Of a DNA stretch of 64,000 bases, positions 59,482-64,000 are shown one piece after another. Each line of letters begins with the position of its first letter. Positions within the stretch are counted from its first letter, which is position 1. The translations under genes and the position numbers were made by a program. Origin of the DNA: an uncultured delta proteobacterium. Its GTDB lineage: Bacteria > Myxococcota_A > Polyangia > Polyangiales > Polyangiaceae. Under the pieces are notes generated by a model. That model did not search any database, had not been told where the DNA came from, and worked only from the letters and a program-made list of their open reading frames with translations. The stretch covers positions 288,001 through 352,000 of the forward strand of contig CAWJCS010000005.1 of NCBI GenBank assembly GCA_963841435.1, written 5' to 3'.

Positions 59482-60012
59482 TCAGACGGTTGACGCGTCC
59501 GCTTGCCGATGTCGGCGCTCCAACCGCAGCGCATCGACCAGGCGGTCGACGAGCGCCGCCACCTCGCGCTCGAAGCCGGGACCCAGCGCGATGGGCTCGC
59601 CGCCGACAATCACCGCGCTCACGGCGCCGAGCGTCTGGGCCAGCGCCTGCAAGCCGCGGCGCCCTCGCTCGCTTGCAGGCACGGCGGCCGTGATGGCGAC
59701 GACCTTGCCCTCGAGCTCGCCGGAGCCGATCACCCAGTCGATCGCGTTCTTCAGCACACCCGGCAGGCTGTGACCGTATTCGGGACAGGCGATGAGGACC
59801 GCGTCGCTCGCGGCGAGCTCACGCCGCCAGGCGACGACTGGCTCGGGCGTTTCGCCCCGTGCTTCGAGGTCGGGATCGAAGTGCGGGAGCAAGCCGATGC
59901 CCTCGAACACTCGCACTTCGACGGAGCCTTTTCTTGATGCCGCCGCCACGCGCAAGAGCGCACGGTTCTTCGAGCCCTGTTGCAGGCTCCCGGAAAGAGC
60001 GAGCAGTCGCAT
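59482..60012 (-). CDS. NADPH-dependent FMN reductase
   Basis: LALSGSL..GS.N, LPHF.PD, PEYGHSLPGVLKNAIDW. Confidence 0.92.
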   Translation of the reverse strand: MRLLALSGSLQQGSKNRALLRVAAASRKGSVEVRVFEGIGLLPHFDPDLEARGETPEPVVAWRRELAASDAVLIACPEYGHSLPGVLKNAIDWVIGSGELEGKVVAITAAVPASERGRRGLQALAQTLGAVSAVIVGGEPIALGPGFEREVAALVDRLVDALRLERRHRQADASTV

Positions 60013-60145
60013 GGGCAGAGGTGTTGGTCCCTGGGCGAGATTGTCAATCCATCTTGCCGTGAAACCAGCACCCGACGACCCGCGTAAACCACCTGAAGCA
60101 TCGTTCGCTCGGCCGACTTTCGTCTCGAGGAGCCCACGTGAAGTC

Positions 60146-61808
60146 ATGCTGAGCCGTTTGGCGCTGGTTCTGTCCCTCGGGGTGGTTCCGTTCGGTTGCG
60201 GTCAGGACCGACAGGACCACGGGGAACCGAGCACGGGTGGAAGCGGGGCGCGCGGCGGAACGTCCGGGGGCGACCGGAATTCGCAAGGGGGCGTCGCCGG
60301 GGGTGGCAAGGCGGGGGCTGCGGCAACGGCGGGCGGTGGCGATGCGGACGCAGGGATGGCGGGCGAGGGCGCGGCGGCAGCGGGAGGCACGGCAGGTAGC
60401 GCCGGCCGCGGCTCGTCCGGCGGGGGAACGGGTGGGAGCGATGGCGGTGCTTCCGGATCCGACGAGGGAGGGTCCGCCGGCGAGGATGTCGCCGATGCGG
60501 GAGCTTCCGGAAGCGCCGACAACGCGACCGCTCTGATCCCGGGTTGGTCCGTTCGTAAGATCGTGCGGACGGAGCGCGGGAAGGAGCTCGTGCTCGAAGA
60601 GGTGCTGCAGAGCTTCCTCGAGGCAGCCGCCGGCAAGACGCGCATGCGCGAGCTCGGCGTCAACCTGCAAGACGTGCACGTCTGGACGGCGCCGGAGGGC
60701 AGCTACATCTCCGATTTCGCGCGGCATCCCTCCGGTGACATTTCGGCGGTGCTCATCGCCGACGACAGGACCCTGGCGATCGTGAGGCTCGGTCCGGACC
60801 TGTCGCTGCGTTCGACCGCGGCTCTCCACGACCCCGACATGGCGGACGACCCTCACCACCTCGTGGACGTAACGGATATCGTGGCGAGCGGATTTCCGCC
60901 GGACGCGGCCCGAGTCGGCGCTGTCGGCGAAACGGCAGCGGTCGCGGTCCTCTCGTCCGAAAATTCCCTGATTCTCTACCGCTCGAGCTTCGACGGCCTC
61001 GGCTGGTCCGCGCCGGCACGCACCTTGATCGAGCCTGCGACTGGGCTCACGCCGTTCTTGCCGATCGGTGGCAGCTTCGACACCTTCAACGCGATCACGG
61101 ACTGGTTCCGCCCTGCGCTCAACGTCGACGAGGCGGGGAACGTCTACGTCGCGATCTGGGCCGGCCAGAAGCGGCTGCCGTCGCACGAGGACGTGTTCCA
61201 TGACGGGCTCGTGCCGCTGCCCCCTGACCCCGCGGCGCCGCTCTTACAGCATTCGGATCTCCTGCTCACCAAAACGACCCCGGAAGGAGAACGCCTCTTT
61301 TCGCGCGTCGTTGGCACGGAGCACGAGGACGAGCCCTACGCGATCCGCGCGCACGGCGGATTCGTCGCGGTCGTGGGGCGCGCGCGGCGGTTTCCCGGCC
61401 AGGACAACACGATCTGGGACGCGCTCTTCAGCGTGAGCACCGCCGACGGCAACCTCGTCGGCACGCGCACCATCCCACTGAACGCGTCGGGCATCCTGCT
61501 CGCCGTCGACGCGCTCCCGGAGGGCGGCTGGCTGCTCGGGGGGAGCGACGGCTGGTCGCAGAACCCGGACGGGCTCAGCGTGCTCACGAACGGAACCAAG
61601 CTCCTTCTGGAGCTCCCTGCCTTCGACGCCGTGCCGCTGCGAGACGGGCTCCCGGCGGGCCCGCGACACAACGAGAATCCGCGCCGTCGTCGCGGAGCCC
61701 GGGCGGCTCTTTTTCGGCGGCCACGAAGACGGTCCCATCATGCACACCGGCGACGGCGACCGGAGCCAGATCCACTCGACCGGCGTGCTTGGCTTTTCGT
61801 CACGGTAG
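60146..61808 (+). CDS. Hypothetical lipoprotein (beta-propeller-like); +1 frameshift at about 61676
   Basis: PFGC lipobox and Gly linker. Repair gives PRHNEIRAVV...GGHEDGPIMHTGDGD...GVLGFSSR*. Confidence 0.7.
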
Positions 61809-61835
61809 GTGCCGCGCGGCGGGTATAAGAGGCCC

Positions 61836-62333
61836 ATGGCCGACGCGGCGAACCGTCAGAAACCCGTCGTTCGGGGTGTGCTCGGCGCGAGTCACTTTGC
61901 GCTCGCTGCGGCGATTCCAGCGATGCGGGGCGCGCCGCTCGCCACGCTTGGCGCGCTGTCCTCGCGCTCGCTCGACAAGGCTCGGCAAGCGGCGGCTCGA
62001 GCCGGCGCCCCGCGTGCGTACGGCTCCTACGAAGAGCTCGTGGCCGATCCGGAGATCCCATTCAACGCCCCGCACGACCGGCCGTGTCGCGTGTTCGTCA
62101 ACGGCGGCGTCGCCGAAGCGCCGGACTTCACGGGCGCAAAGAGCTCGGACGAGCGGCGGGAGCTCTTGCCGCTCGAGCGTGCGAACCACTACACGCTGCA
62201 GTGGCAAGCCTTCTCGGAAGCGATCCGCAACGGCACGTCCGTCGAGAACGACATCGAGAGCGCCGTCGCCAACGCCCGCGTCACCGAGGCGGTCTTTCGT
62301 TCGGCCGATTCCCAGCGCTGGGAAGCCGTTTAG
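61836..62333 (+). pseudogene. Gfo/Idh/MocA oxidoreductase with in-frame internal deletion
   Basis: N-terminal ...AYGSYEELVADPEI is joined directly to C-terminal PFNAP.DRPCR...Y.LQ..AFS.AIR...AN.RV..A.FRSA. The EKP motif is absent; only 165 aa. Confidence 0.85.
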
Positions 62334-62626
62334 GAGAACCGCTCGGGAAGCCAGGATGTCTCGCGACGAGCGACGCAAACCGGAACTTCGGCCTGCCGTT
62401 TTCGGACTTTCTTCGGGTCCGGGTCGCGATCGGCGGGAGTGGGGAGGCCTGACCCGTGCGGTGCGCCGCCCGTTGTTTTGCCGTCTGGTGATCGGCGGCT
62501 GACTTCTCGGGAATCGCGCTCTGTCCCGCTGTTCCGGGCGACAGTTGATCTCACTTCGCCGACCGGCGCAACTAGAAGACCATGCTGATCGGCACGCGGC
62601 GGCACCCGCCTCAGAGGAGCTCCTTC

Positions 62627-64000
62627 ATGAGTCAGGTTCGACGCCCTGCCTTCGGTGGCCTTGCCGCATCCATCGGTCTCCTTTCGGCGGCGCCCGCGCA
62701 GGCCGCCTCGTTGCAGAAGGTGAACAACTGGGGGGCCAGCGGGGTGCCGGCGACCGCCAGCATGTACATCTACGTGCCAGACCAGGTCGCCGCGAAGCCG
62801 CCCATTCTGGTGGTCGCGCACTATTGCGGCGGCACAGCATCTGCCGTTTTCGGTCAGGCGCAGGGCGGCGGCATCGTCAAGGCAGCCGACCAGTACGGCT
62901 TCATCATGGTCGTCCCACAGACGACCAACAACTGCTGGGACGTCGGTTCCACCAAATCCCTGACGCATGACGGCGGCGGCGAAACGCAGGCCGTCGCGCA
63001 AATGGTAAAATACGCGATCACGACGTACCAGGCGAACGCCGATCGCGTCTACATCACGGGTGACTCGTCGGGTGGCATGATGACGGAGGGGATGCTCGCC
63101 GTTTATCCGGACGTCTTCAAAGGCGGCTCCGAATTCGCGGGCGTGCCCGCCGGGTGCTGGGCGGTCGGCAACCCGGACGGCTCGTGGAGTGGCCAGTGCG
63201 CCGGCGGTCAGGTCACGCACACCGCTACGGAATGGGGCGACATGGTTCGCGCCATGTACCCGGGATACACCGGACATCGCCCGCGCGTGCAGCTCTTCCA
63301 CGGCGACGCCGACGGGACCATCAACTACAAGAACCATACGGAAGCCATCAAACAGTGGACGAACGTGCTCGGTCTGGGCACGGACCCGACTTCGACCGAC
63401 ACGGTCACTCTCGGGTCGCACCAAGCTACGCGACAGAGGTGGCAAAATTCGTGCGGCTACGTGGTTCTCGAGGCCTTCACGTCGATGGGTGGCGATCACG
63501 GGCCGTCCGACGCCATCTTCAACGCTTCGTTCGTCGTGCCCTTCCTGGGCCTCGACAAGACCGATGCCACGGACCCGGAAGTGGCAGCGTGCGACACGGG
63601 TGGAACGGGTGGCGCTGGAGGAACGGGCGGCGTGGCAGGCTCCGGAGGCGCCGGCAACGGCGGCGCGACGATGGGCGGCGCCACGAGCTCGGGTGGCACC
63701 GCCGGCAATGGCGGCGCGGCGACGGGAGGCGCCGCTGGAGCGGCTGGACTATCCGGCACGGGCGGCACCGTCGCGATGGGCGGCATGTCCGGCAACGGAG
63801 GCGCCGGCGCGATCGGCGGCAACCTCGGTGCGGGAGGAACTGCCGCCGCGGCTGGTGTCGGCGGTGTCGCGGGCACAACGTCCGGCGTGGGAGGAAGCAG
63901 CGGAAGTGGGTCCGGCGGCATGGCAACGGGCGGCTCGACCATGAACACGGGCGGCAGCAGCAATGCAGGCGGCCCCTCGGGAGCTGGTGCCGAAGGCAGC
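62627..64000 (+). CDS. Secreted CE1 acetyl xylan esterase/PHB-depolymerase family esterase, 3' end outside window
   Basis: GAGGAG RBS; AQA-ASLQKV, MYIYVP, HYCGG, CWDV, TGDSSGGMMT (GxSxG), FHGDAD, then a Gly-rich linker. Not in the ORF track. Confidence 0.9.
   Translation, partial: MSQVRRPAFGGLAASIGLLSAAPAQAASLQKVNNWGASGVPATASMYIYVPDQVAAKPPILVVAHYCGGTASAVFGQAQGGGIVKAADQYGFIMVVPQTTNNCWDVGSTKSLTHDGGGETQAVAQMVKYAITTYQANADRVYITGDSSGGMMTEGMLAVYPDVFKGGSEFAGVPAGCWAVGNPDGSWSGQCAGGQVTHTATEWGDMVRAMYPGYTGHRPRVQLFHGDADGTINYKNHTEAIKQWTNVLGLGTDPTSTDTVTLGSHQATRQRWQNSCGYVVLEAFTSMGGDHGPSDAIFNASFVVPFLGLDKTDATDPEVAACDTGGTGGAGGTGGVAGSGGAGNGGATMGGATSSGGTAGNGGAATGGAAGAAGLSGTGGTVAMGGMSGNGGAGAIGGNLGAGGTAAAAGVGGVAGTTSGVGGSSGSGSGGMATGGSTMNTGGSSNAGGPSGAGAEGS

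Overview
High-GC genomic DNA that reads as a myxobacterium, most likely Polyangiaceae/Sorangium-like. The basis is MYXO-CTERM-type tails, Gly-rich linker lipoproteins, a DUF1592/DUF1552 pair, an FHA-sigma54 activator and Cys-rich repeat proteins. About 62 genes or gene fragments can be supported. I recognised no rRNA, tRNA, CRISPR array, transposase or integrase. Content: plant-polysaccharide esterases (two CE8, one CE1), a stand-alone acpP-fabF pair, an arsR-aquaglyceroporin-arsC operon, corA, mug, slyX, an OmpA-family protein and a SufS-like desulfurase. Most interesting: (1) an 11-kb cluster at 35.5-46.3 kb (ECF sigma/FecR, a transglutaminase-7TM protein that keeps Cys/His, an ATP-grasp ligase, three TPR proteins, a beta-barrel) that looks like a peptide or poly-amino-acid synthesis-and-export machine; (2) a sphingolipid delta-4 desaturase colinear with eukaryotic DES1; (3) a lipoprotein vanadium haloperoxidase fused to a beta-propeller; (4) several large-deletion scars (TonB-dependent receptor, Gfo/Idh/MocA oxidoreductase, GST); (5) ten +1 frameshifts, five of which are repaired by turning GAATC/GATTC into GATC, suggesting methylation-linked sequencing errors. 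All family calls come from motif recognition by eye; no database search was run.
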